The notes beneath the pieces were generated by a model. It had not been told where the DNA came from and did no database searches. It worked only from the letters and a program-made list of their open reading frames with translations. From contig NMRA01000399.1 of the NCBI GenBank assembly GCA_002633005.1, positions 257,288-321,287 of the forward strand: a DNA stretch of 64,000 nucleotides. The letters run 5' to 3'. The position numbers and the translations under genes are program-made. Each line of letters begins with the position of its first letter. The first letter of the stretch is position 1. Shown here piece after piece: positions 36,127 through 47,788 of this stretch. Source of the stretch: Phoronis australis. Taxonomy: Eukaryota; Animalia; Phoronida.

Positions 36127-39100
36127 CAGGCCCCAATTTCCTCAGCTACACGCAGTCGTCTATGTTAGAGTGTCTCATTGTTATATAGCTGCGTTGTTAT
36201 GAGTTGTATTCGTTGCCTTTTTCTTACGTTCTCTGAAGTTCTAAAGCCTTTCTCTTGTCCATGTTTAATCCAGAAAACGTTGTTGAGCAAAAATATACTC
36301 CTGTCGATTCCAATAACATTCTTTCTTCAGTGGCCAATACAGGAATTGCAGTACCTGACTTTCGAAATAGCTGTATCATATTGAAATCAATGTTCCGCCA
36401 GAGGGCGATCAGGTATCGGGTGGACAGGCGTTCAGCGCCTTCTACACATCCCATGTAATGCGGACCGGAAGTTTCAACGTACTTGTATAAACAATGTTTT
36501 AATACATTTCCTACGATTATATTTCAGGCAAATTTGGTGCGCGGGGCTTATGGAAAAGGCAAACATTTTGAAAAACACCATGTTACATATATTTCATTGT
36601 GGTCGAAGAAGAATCCACGTTTTATGAGGTCAGTGGTTGCGACTGATAAAGCGGGAGAATTTCGATCCCAGCCGACGTCAAAAAGCTTGGCACGTTCACG
36701 AAGTTACTATGTGCTCCCCAAGGATTAATCGTGTGACCCGGCAACGGCTTCACCCATTTTATCCTCTCGTGGAGCGATTTTTGAAGCGTCCACGTTCATG
36801 AAAACTGAACAAGAGAGTAACAAGTAGCAAAATCAAATACTAATTTGGCCCAAAACCAACACCGCCAATAGACATAGTGTTCCCATTACATTCACTAATG
36901 TAGAACACAAGATGATTTTTGTCAGTCGAAAGATATCACTAAGACATATCAATTTCGTAACTTTCAGTTCTGTTTCTGTTTTTGTTATTTGACTTTTAGT
37001 TTTTATTTCTTTTTTAAGTGAGCAGGGTTTCCGTGGTAACATCATTGAATATGGCGACAGTTGAGTGAGTTACCATAATGCATGAGTCAGCTGTCATTCA
37101 CTATGCTATTGGAGGTGGTGGTGGACCTCCAGAAAGTAACAATTAAACAAAAATTTATGTTAAATTCAGTTAAGTTTGAAAATATTTTGAAGTTGGGTTG
37201 AATGAGCATTAGTTGGGGTTAAGCTTCATTTGAACTAATTTGAGCCAAAATCCGTTTTGTGAAATTTTTAACTAAAATGAAGCGGAAGGAATATCGTGAT
37301 CACTTGAATCTCTAAATCAATACAATGTACTGTAGACCGTTACCAATCCTTACACGTTTGATTCATGCTCCTGATATATTGCATATTGCCTGAGGGTCAC
37401 ACTATGTCTAATCTGTTAATAACTCATTAGGGTGCCAACCATTGGCAAATAACAGGAAACAGCTCTCAATGCATCAGAAAAGTCTGATGCCACGAAAAAA
37501 TTTTGGTAAAATTCTCCGTTAGGTGCGAGTTTCCATAGAAATGAAAAAAACTTTGGGAAGGCACGAGTTAGAGATATAATTCTCAAAACATAAGCCACTT
37601 ACATCGTGTTATAACTGAAAATAAATTGAATGGTATGAATTTTGACAAGTTAATTGAATGTCGCAAATGTCACAAGAAATGTGATTTGGGGTCTCAAATT
37701 GTGAACGAGGTTTTGATTTTCTTAAAATAAAATTTTCAAGCATGTTTGCAATGAATGTATTCTACTGAGAAGGGTGAAATTTTTGAAGCTCTGTACATAA
37801 AGATGTGCAACAAAGTTTCTGAGATGCTTTGTAATAAAAATTCTTATATTTGGCATCATTATGGTCTCAAAGTTATGATTTTTGAAATAGCGATCTTAGA
37901 ACCCCCACCTTTAGTCCCCGGAATCACACAATTTTTCAAAACTCCTGTGACGTTATTGTAGCCTCAAACTTTCATGTAAAGCATCTTCAGGTACTTTCCA
38001 GTTGTTTTCTGCATTTGCCTGTTAAAAATTGTCAATAATCAAACGTAACTTTTATTGTGTTCACTTTGTTATGGTAAAACTCGTGCAACTTGTCTGCGGG
38101 GGAATTTCATCATAATCTATACTCACAACACGTCGTTATCTCGGTGAACATTTAGTTAATTTCAGATTATTCAACAGTTTTTCCAAAAAATGATAATGAA
38201 AAACAAAATTATTATTTCGACTTTCGATTGTCATTATTGATTAATTCCTTGAAATATCTTTTCGTCGATTTTCTTGTCTAAAGTACATCATTTCCGGCAC
38301 AATCAGTTTTTAGATTTTGAAATGGACCGCGAGAATTCTTCACTCAAAAGACCTGCACTGAACTCCTCATAGATCACTAAAACGGAATTTAGAATAGGAA
38401 TTTCTAAACTAAACGCATTCCCACTCTTATTTGGCGAATAATCCCACAGAATTCGGTGACCATTGTGGCGTGACATTACCGCCTTTGCCTTCGCCTTCAG
38501 TTAGTGAGCGTGACTACAGTGCCTGGTTTATTGTGTGTACACGGCGGTAATACGAGAAAGATTCCACTTTGAAGGCAAAACGTCCACCGCACTAGCACGC
38601 GCCATTTCTTAATGTTCGCTCTGTCGGGTACACTGTACACGTCCGCGAGTAAAACAGGTTCGTAAGAATCAACACCTTTTCGCTAGAGATTCGGTCATGA
38701 GAATTCTCATTTGGTAAAGAAACATATCACAACAACTATTTAAATAGGAAGATCCACTTTTCATCAAAATGTGAACACAACGCACTTTAAACGTACTAAG
38801 GTATTGTTTTCCTGAGATAAACAAACTTTGACAGAACGTGCGGGAGTGGTATTTTGGTCCCCGGGTGTTCTGTCCAATCCCCGGGGTTTCTGTCGGAATT
38901 TGTGTTTTTCCGGCTGGTTAGCTGTTCAGAAGATGCACGAATCTGTTTTCGACACCGGGATATATGTTTTACGCCGGGGTGGCTTCCTGTTTGGATGGGA
39001 ACATCTTGTAACTGTACCAGCTGCCTATAGACTGGGTCCATGTACATGTATACAAGTAGCCTCATTCCCAAGCCTCAAGCCCCATGATGGCACTGATCGA

Positions 39101-39589
39101 TAAATTATCCATTTGAGGCTTAGTGACGAAAAATTTATGTGTCAGAATTTGGACATATTTTTTAAGGAAATCGCTGGAATATCAGCAGTCATATCAAGTT
39201 ATATCACCTCTGAAAGTAGTATAACACAAGAAATCAAAATGAGCGGCATTTATTCAGCTATTTAAATTTAGATCATTGAAAAATTGATGTATCTGAATTC
39301 AAAAGGATAATTTCTATAGTACAGAATTGACAATAAGTAGGCCTACGCGAGCACTTTGTATTTTAAACAATAATGAGAACAGTAGCTTCTGCTTCCGAAT
39401 CATGAATGGTACAACAAAAACGTCTGTGAAAATAGTTAAAATCTGCGTTTAGATCTTATTTAACTTCCGGATAAAATAACCAAACTTATCACATCAAATA
39501 AGCAAGGAAAAATTCTCCAACAACTGGTATTTAAGTATTTAGCGATTCAAGTGTTTGTAGGCTCCTTGTGTCGCTAATAGGTCATTGTC

Positions 39590-39590
39590 T

Positions 39591-39633
<43 letters not shown>

Positions 39634-40610
39634 CTGTCACGGACAGGATCATTGGGGATATGCTGATGCATTATTCCCCTCCCCAGACCATCCCCGTGAC
39701 AGCAGAAGGCGCAGAACTCCAGGGCTGACGTTGCCTGTAAGCATTTGATTTGATAACACTCGGGCACGGCTCTTCTTGTGACTCTTCGCAGCATGGCCAT
39801 AAATAATACCGGCTTCGAGCAGTCGGCTGCCATCATTGAACTCCGCCAGTTGGGATGCAGTCTGCTCGAGGTTGTGTTTGCGGGCCAGCAGCTTAACGTC
39901 AGCCGAATATAAGTAGAGGGGTTGGTTGGTGGTGCATGAGCCAGCGAGGTAATCTGCACGCTCATTAATCAGGACACCGGCGTGGCCAGGTACGAAAGAC
40001 CAGATCACCACATGATGAGGGTGGCGTGATCGGAAGACACCCCAGTTGGCTGGGAGGTTTCCAGATTGAACTTTCATCAACACTGCCATGGAATCGGTGG
40101 CAAAGATAATGGTGTGATTCTCCAGGTCTAAGAGTGACAGCTTGATTAGGGCACGTTGTATAGCCTCAAACTCCATCCGCGTACTGCTTGTGTATACCTG
40201 GTGGCAGCCACTACCTTCCGCAATGACGTTGTTAGCACAGCGTATTTGATAACCCCATCCCGCACGATTAGTTTCACCATCGAAGGATCCATCAGTTGCT
40301 ACAATGATGGCATTAATACCGCCAAGATCACGCCATTGCTGACGGCACAATGCTTGGGCTATTCCTGGAGGCCATTCCCGAGCTTCCCTGTTGAACGCAA
40401 TAATGACATTCGGTTCCTCACCAAGTTCTTGTACTGGCAGCCAAGCAGCATCTTGCGCGATCATGTGTTCGCCGATGAGACCCATGGTTGCGTTAACAGC
40501 AGCGACAGTCCACGAGCACCTGCTAAGTCTTTGGTAGGAGGCATTGCGAAAAGGTCTAGGACGAAGTCCATAAGNGAAAAGCTCTAGGACGAAGTCCATA
40601 AGTTACTGTC
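39590..40610 (-). mobile_element. 5'-truncated non-LTR retrotransposon with an RNase H domain (I-group/Ingi-like; clade not verified)
   Basis: ORF 39649-40599 has RNase H motifs ATDGS, MEFEAI, ATDSM, VPGHAGVLINERAD. (TAT)n 3' tail at about 39592-39632. 13-bp direct repeat ATAGGTCATTGTC at 39577-39589 and 40611-40623. Confidence 0.9.
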
Positions 40611-41343
40611 ATAGGTCATTGTCCTGCTGAAGAAATCAATGAACTCCGTTCGATCCATTGTTTGATCACGTGTAGTTAAGAGAGATAACGCGTCGTATTA
40701 CAAACAATTGGTTACACTTCAAAACATGAAGTAAAACAATGATTTTTACATAAATCCGATTGCTATACTTAAACACAAATTGATTTTGAATTGGAGGCAT
40801 AAGCACCACGCTCATTCGATACAATTCGCTACTTTCCCAACGATGTTATAATATACATACATGAGTTGCTATATTATGTAGTAATATGCACGACAACGTC
40901 ACACGGAAATGGGCGAATGAGAACGTACAACACGGTCATGAAGATCAAGTTGAAAACTTGTTTACAGACAAATTACAGTGAATGTTATGTAGGACCTGAT
41001 CCACAAGTCTGTATTTAACCAATTATTTACGAAATTGTAGACTTTAAATCCGTTAAAGAATATATTTTATGAAGGTAGAAATCTTGCAGAATGCGGTTTT
41101 TAGACTTTTTACCAATCGGCCACTAACTGGACAACGAGACCGTATATTTTTCTAAACTTTGGAAAAAAGAAAGGTACATTGATGGAAAAAGGAAGGTATC
41201 AATAATAAGACCAAATCTCTGTTGTAGAAATATTGAACATGAAATCTCAAAAACGCTGTTACTGTTCTCTGCAGCTAGTTTGCGTTTATATTGCAATGTT
41301 TTCTCACCTCATCAAAAACTGGAACGTTTAAAGACATTTCCAA

Positions 41344-41590
41344 ACAACATTCTGGATAAGAGTGCATACAACCATAGTATCTATACAACATTCTGGATAA
41401 GAGTGCATACAGCCATAGTATCGATACAACATTCTGGATAAGAGTGCATACAGCCATAGTATCTATACAACATTGTGGATAAGAGTGCATACAGCCATAG
41501 TACAATGTATCTATACAACATTGTGGATATGAGTGCATACAGCCATAGTATCTATACAACATTGTGGATCAGATTGCATAAAGCCATAGC
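41344..41590. repeat. 41-bp minisatellite, about 6 copies
   Basis: Unit ACAACATTCTGGATAAGAGTGCATACAGCCATAGTATCTAT. Confidence 0.92.
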
Positions 41591-43739
41591 ATCTGAAAGT
41601 TTCAGTCATCTCAGATATGATACTCCAAAGATAACAAAATTTGAACAGTTTTCTAGTGTTCTCCATAACCAGCTTGTTTAGATGTTAATTAATCGTATTT
41701 TAACAAAGTTTTGCAATCTAGTGTTTAGATGCACCGTCACATGATATCTTAGAATTGGACGAGAATGAACCTTTCACATAGTATTCTTTATACACTGTTC
41801 CGTAACATGACGTTGGGGATTTTATCAAAATGTTCCACTTTTGCACGAGAGGTTATAAAAGACTTTATCAATGAATTTTTATGAATAAAATTCAAGAGTT
41901 GCATCACTCGGAAACGAAGAAACTTGTAACAAAGTTTTTAAGATTAAATTTTAACATTATATCGAACGTGAGTATACTGTTGATACCAGTGTACGTTTCT
42001 TTTCTGCTAAATCTTACTGAGAACAACTAGTCACGCCACCCATTTAATGACAGATTAGCAAGTTAAAATCAAACTCTGCAGGCTTTCTACTTTTACAGAG
42101 ATTTTTTATACCTTATCTTATTTGACTATAAGTGCACACCCACGGGAAACTATGTTGCCGTCGCATAGATAGGTCCTACATAAGGATAATCAACGAGATC
42201 TGCTCAGTGTGAGTTCTGACAACGTCATAACTAAAGGATCCACATGTTTAACTCCCATCGTGTACTTCTCATTGACCTTTTTACAGTTGCGATTTGTGGA
42301 ATGTCTTTCATCCAGGTCACCTGGTGGCTGGACAAGTGTTTTCATTGGTTAGTTTTGTTCTGTCTTGGATGACCGGTCTCCCATAACCCGCAGTGTGACA
42401 TATCCGTGGATATGTAAAGAGGTCAATTACAAAGACAGAGAGTTGAGGTGCTCCACACGAAGGCACTGAGCAGCGCATGCGCTGGGAATTCATAGCATTA
42501 ATCTGTCTGTTGTTTATGATCTAGGGCTGCAAGTCAAAGATTGACTGTGCCAGTGCCCGGTGAACATTTTTACTTTTGAAAACCATATGTGATTTTCTTG
42601 GAACAGAAGCTGCGTTCCGTATACCACTAGTTTCTTGCGAGAAAAGCTAGATCGCGCAACATGGCTTCGTGAGATATCGCCATCAATCACGTGATCACAC
42701 TAGCTTCACTCGTGTCTTGTCACGTACAATATAGACCCTGCCGCTACGTTTTTCACTTTTAAGATGTCGAACCACACTAAATAGTCCCAAATAGTGACTC
42801 ATCTAGGCTCCCTAAATCTTTCGAGTATTTGTTTCGTTTTTTACTCAGATGTCTTGCATTTTTCAATCATTTTACCCTTATTATCAGCTCCTCTTTGTCT
42901 ACGGACAAAGTGAGCCCTTAATTCAGTCAAAATAATTCGAGACTTAGAATTAGAGTGGATTATATTAAAAGATCCTAATTTATTATTATTATTAATATTG
43001 AAAAATCAAGGTAAACTTCATTCGCGATTTGTATCAAAGTTTAAGTTGACTTAGTTACGTGACTCAAACAGTATAAAAAGGATAATCAGTGTTTTCACAA
43101 ACCAACCAATACGCAGTAGATTTAGAGAACTTAGTTGAGTCCCTATTTGATACTGTTTCATGCAACTGGACACAGTAGACCACATTTCTCGCGAGAATAG
43201 CGATATCACAAAAGACCACGCGAAATCACACGAGTGAAAAGTGAGCATGGCGTGCTTCCCGTCGACGCGACCCAATTGCGTCTATTTAGAACCCAGATCC
43301 ACTTAGAAGCGTAACCTGGGCAAAATGGCGGGCTCTGAGGCGATTGGTCAGTGATGTTGAAGTCAGGTTGAAATGTTGAATTATGGCATAGAATTCATAA
43401 ATTATGGGATATAATTTACTGTTAAAGTTCCACCAGAGAAGATTTTCTCCTCGCAGATGCAAACCAATGTCTATTGTCTAAGGAGCATGTTGCATTGTGT
43501 GGTCGGCACACTCAGAACAATGTCCTGATCTAACGCCCTTATCGCTACTAGCGACGTCCACGATGTTTTATTCTCCGCTCAATACCTAGCCACCGCTCGA
43601 CACGAGTCACACGTCCGGAGACCACTTTCAGACCTGTTAAAAAAGAGTTGACCTATCCGGGCGAATGAACAGTTGTTCCGAATTTTGAAGGAATTAACCA
43701 CAAATTGCTACCAGCGACTCACTTCGGGTATCCATTACG

Positions 43740-43749
43740 GTCACGTGAC
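43740..43749. promoter_or_regulatory. Palindromic extended E-box GTCACGTGAC (USF/MiT type) near collagen exon 1
   Basis: Motif match about 170 bp before the first ATG, in a CpG-richer region. Confidence 0.3.
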
Positions 43750-43920
43750 GCGGCAGTTGGTTTCCTCAGCAGTCTGGAAGGGCGTCAAGCGAGGTTGACT
43801 TTGCCAGTCGCAGACAGTCGCTTGCTGCCCGGACCGGAGCGAACTCGTGGTCAACCATGTGTTGATGGCTGATACAGAATATTGGGTGGAACACATCTCG
43901 TTGGGGCCGTTACACAGATT

Positions 43921-44107
43921 ATGGTAAAAGGTTTTAAAAAGACTTCCGCAGAAAGGATTGGAAAGACACACAGCGCGTCCAAGGAAATGATCTCGCCATC
44001 GCGCGGCGCACGCCATGGCGCGTTTGCGCTAAACTTGGCGGTAATGACCGTGACCATGAGTTTACTTCTAACTTCAGCAAGAGCGGCATATGTCGACCTA
44101 CCTCAAG
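43921..44107 (+). CDS. Collagen V/XI-like gene exon 1 with signal peptide (start at ATG 43921 or 43987)
   Basis: Hydrophobic stretch AFALNLAVMTVTMSLLLTSARA with an A-x-A cleavage site. G|GTACAG phase-1 donor matches the acceptor at 57653. Confidence 0.7.
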
Positions 44108-44339
44108 GTACAGTCACCTTTAGAATTTTATTAATTCTGCTAATTATTTGAATTATTTTAACTGAATAATTTTGTTCGGCGGTTTAAAAGCCCACAGGTT
44201 GTTGCTTTTCGCAAACACGATACTTAAAACATAACATCCTTGAAATCCTTAATTACTATTTTACTTTCATTTTCTATCTAAGCTAATATGGATAAAACTC
44301 ATTTGAATAGTAGTCTGTCGTTTTTTCGATTTCACGGTG

Positions 44340-47300
44340 GCGCGTTAATGGTGTCACGTCTCTTATTGCTCGCGTGGACTTTGCGGTGATAAACTTCGTT
44401 ATAGGTCGCTCTAGTTTTTGGTGTCTGGGAATTTCAACTTTTAAACATACATAAACGAATAAACGACGGCCCCGAGTTTTTTAGCACGCACGAATTCCTA
44501 GGAAGTGTGTGGGTCACTTGCTGTTGATCGATTGACAATATGTGAGCCCAAAAAGTGACATTAAACTTCTGAGACAAAAGTGTAGAGACAAAATTAGATG
44601 GTATTTTGGCACAGGAAACAAAATGAATTTTAGAAAACTGTAGTTACAATCAGTCTTCGAGTTTTGATTTTGTCTCCTGATTCTCGCAACGAACCTGTTG
44701 TTCAAACAATGGCCGCCTGCAGATGGTTTCCAAAATCCGTCTGCTTCGATGACCGATGGAGCAGACGACAAATCGTTGTTTATAAACATTAGCCAAATAA
44801 GCACCAATCTCGGTAGTCAGGTGACTGAAATTAAGTTTAGAATACGTATTGTGTTATACAAGTGAACGTTTGCTAATTTCCGTGAGTGGGAAATTTCTGC
44901 TTTGCAGCGAATCGACTTTCAGATAAGATGTAAAATTAACGCTTGACCCTAAGTGACACGACAGTCTTATTTTAAAACATAAATCTCAGGTTTTCTAAAC
45001 GCTATATAACCTGGATGCGAAGTTCCACACAAACGAATTTGTCTTTAAAGTGAAACAGACCATGCAGTTCGGTCATCTGAGAACATGTTCGTGGACTTTG
45101 TTTACAATTTTAGGAAACATTGACCTTGAACGGCTGGGTAAAATACTCGTGCAATCATTACAAATGTAAACTATCAACTCCCCACACAAGAACAGACAAT
45201 ATAAGCGGGAGACTCCTGCAAAGTGAAAAATAGAAAAGATGTATGAGTACGTGGTTCGTCAATTTTTGTCGTAAAATATCATAAAGTATTCTTAGTTTTA
45301 ATGGTAAACTAAATTATGCGTAAATGACTTTTTACGTTTCAGGTGATTCGTGTAATATCCAAAGCTCTATCGCTACTCTATATTCAGCAAGCCATTTTTA
45401 ACCGCGTTCAGTTTGTGACGATTTCAACAGAGCACCCAAATAAGGGACGTCCGAGTGACGTAGGTATTTCCGGTAACATTTGTTCAAAGAGTGGAGAACG
45501 TTGCACCTACACGGGTAATCATTGCTTTGAATCACAATGTTATTTCTAACGTAACACCAGACGCTCGTCATGTTCCTGNNNNNNNNNNNNNNNNNNNNNN
45601 NNNNNNNNNNNNNNNNNNNNNNNNNNNNNNNNNNNNNNNNNNNNNNNNNNNNNNNNNNNNNNNNNNNNNNNNNNNNNNNNNNNNNNNNNNNNNNNNNNNN
45701 NNNNNNNNNNNNNNNNNNNNNNNNNNNNNNNNNNNNNNNNNNNNNNNNNNNNNNNNNNNNNNNNNNNNNNNNNNNNNNNNNNNNNNNNNNNNNNNNNNNN
45801 NNNNNNNNNNNNNNNNNNNNNNNNNNNNNNNNNNNNNNNNNNNNNNNNNNNNNNNNNNNNNNNNNNNNNNNNNNNNNNNNNNNNNNNNNNNNNNNNNNNN
45901 NNNNNNNNNNNNNNNNNNNNNNNNNNNNNNNNNNNNNNNNNNNNNNNNNNNNNNNNNNNNNNNNNNNNNNNNNNNNNNNNNNNNNNNNNNNNNNNNNNNN
46001 NNNNNNNNNNNNNNNNNNNNNNNNNNNNNNNNNNNNNNNNNNNNNNNNNNNNNNNNNNNNNNNNNNNNNNNNNNNNNNNNNNNNNNNNNNNNNNNNNNNN
46101 NNNNNNNNNNNNNNNNNNNNNNNNNNNNNNNNNNNNNNNNNNNNNNNNNNNNNNNNNNNNNNNNNNNNNNNNNNNNNNNNNNNNNNNNNNNNNNNNNNNN
46201 NNNNNNNNNNNNNNNNNNNNNNNNNNNNNNNNNNNNNNNNNNNNNNNNNNNNNNNNNNNNNNNNNNNNNNNNNNNNNNNNNNNNNNNNNNNNNNNNNNNN
46301 NNNNNNNNNNNNNNNNNNNNNNNNNNNNNNNNNNNNNNNNNNNNNNNNNNNNNNNNNNNNNNNNNNNNNNNNNNNNNNNNNNNNNNNNNNNNNNNNNNNN
46401 NNNNNNNNNNNNNNNNNNNNNNNNNNNNNNNNNNNNNNNNNNNNNNNNNNNNNNNNNNNNNNNNNNNNNNNNNNNNNNNNNNNNNNNNNNNNNNNNNNNN
46501 NNNNNNNNNNNNNNNNNNNNNNNNNNNNNNNNNNNNNNNNNNNNNNNNNNNNGCGCGTTAATGGTGTCACGTCTCTTATTGCTCGCTTGGACTTTGCGGT
46601 GATAAACTTCGTTATAGGTCGCTCTAGTTTTTGGTGTCTGGGAATTTCAACTTTTAAACATACATAAACGAATAAACGACGGCCCCGAGTTTTTTAGCAC
46701 GCACGAATTCCAAGGAAGTGTGTGGGTCACTTGCTGTTGATCGATTGACAATATGTGAGCTCAAAAAGTGACATTAAACTTCTGAGACAAAAGTGTAGAG
46801 ACAAAATTAGATGGTACTTTGGCACAGGAAATAAATTTTAGAAAACTGTAGTTACAATCAGTCTTCGAGTTTTGATTTTGTCTCCTGGTTTTCGCAACTA
46901 ATCTGTTGTTCAAACAATTATGGCCGCCTGCAGATGGTTTCCAAAATCCGTCTGCTTCGATGACCGATGGGGCAGACGACAAATCGTTGTTTATAAACAT
47001 TGGCCAAATAAGCACCAATCTCGGTAGTCAGTGGCTGAAATTAAGTTTAGAATACGTATTGTGTTATACAAGTGAACGTTTGCTAATTTCCGTCAGTGGG
47101 AAATTTCTGCTTTGCAGCGAATCGACTTTCAGATAAGATGCAAAATTAACGCTTGACCCTAAGTGACACGACAGTCTTATTTTAAAACATAAATCTCAGG
47201 TTTTCTAAACGCTATATAACCTGGATTCGAAGTTCCACACAAACGAATTTGTCTTTAAAGTGAAACAGACCATGCAGTTCGGTCATCTGAGAACATGTTC

Positions 47301-47788
47301 GTGGACTTTGTTTACAATTTTAGGAAACATTGACCTTGAACGATGGGGTAAAATACTCGTGCGATCACTACAAATGTAAACTATCAACTCCCCACACAAG
47401 AACAGACAATATAAGCGGGAGACTCCTGCAAAGTGAAAAATAGAAAAGATTTATGAGTACGTGGTTCGTCAATTTTTGTCGTAAAATATCATAAAGTATT
47501 CTTAGTTTTAATGGTAAACTAAATTATGCGTAAATGACTTCTTACGTTTCAGGTGATTCGTGTAATATCCAATGCTCTATCGCTACTCTATATTCAGCAA
47601 GCCATTTTTAACCGCGTTCAGTTTGTGACGATTTCAACTGAGCACCCAAATAAGGGACGTCCGAGTGACGTAGGTATTTCCGGTAACATTTGTTCAAAGA
47701 GTGGAGAACGTTGCACCTACACGGGTAATCATTGCTTTGAATCACAATGTTATTTCTAACGTAACACCAGACGCTCGTCATGTTCCTG
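44340..47788. repeat. About 1.24-kb direct duplication flanking gap 45579-46552 (probable uncollapsed haplotypes)
   Basis: 44340-45578 matches 46553-47788. Both copies end exactly at the gap edges. Confidence 0.9.

Noticed and set aside
40549-40602. Short direct repeat around the N at 40575 as an LTR or internal repeat
   Set aside because: The duplication is centred on a single N, which indicates a contig-overlap artefact.
45398-46667. Long ORFs spanning N runs, also at 1858-2679 and 31672-32377
   Set aside because: They are open only because gap Ns contain no stop codons.
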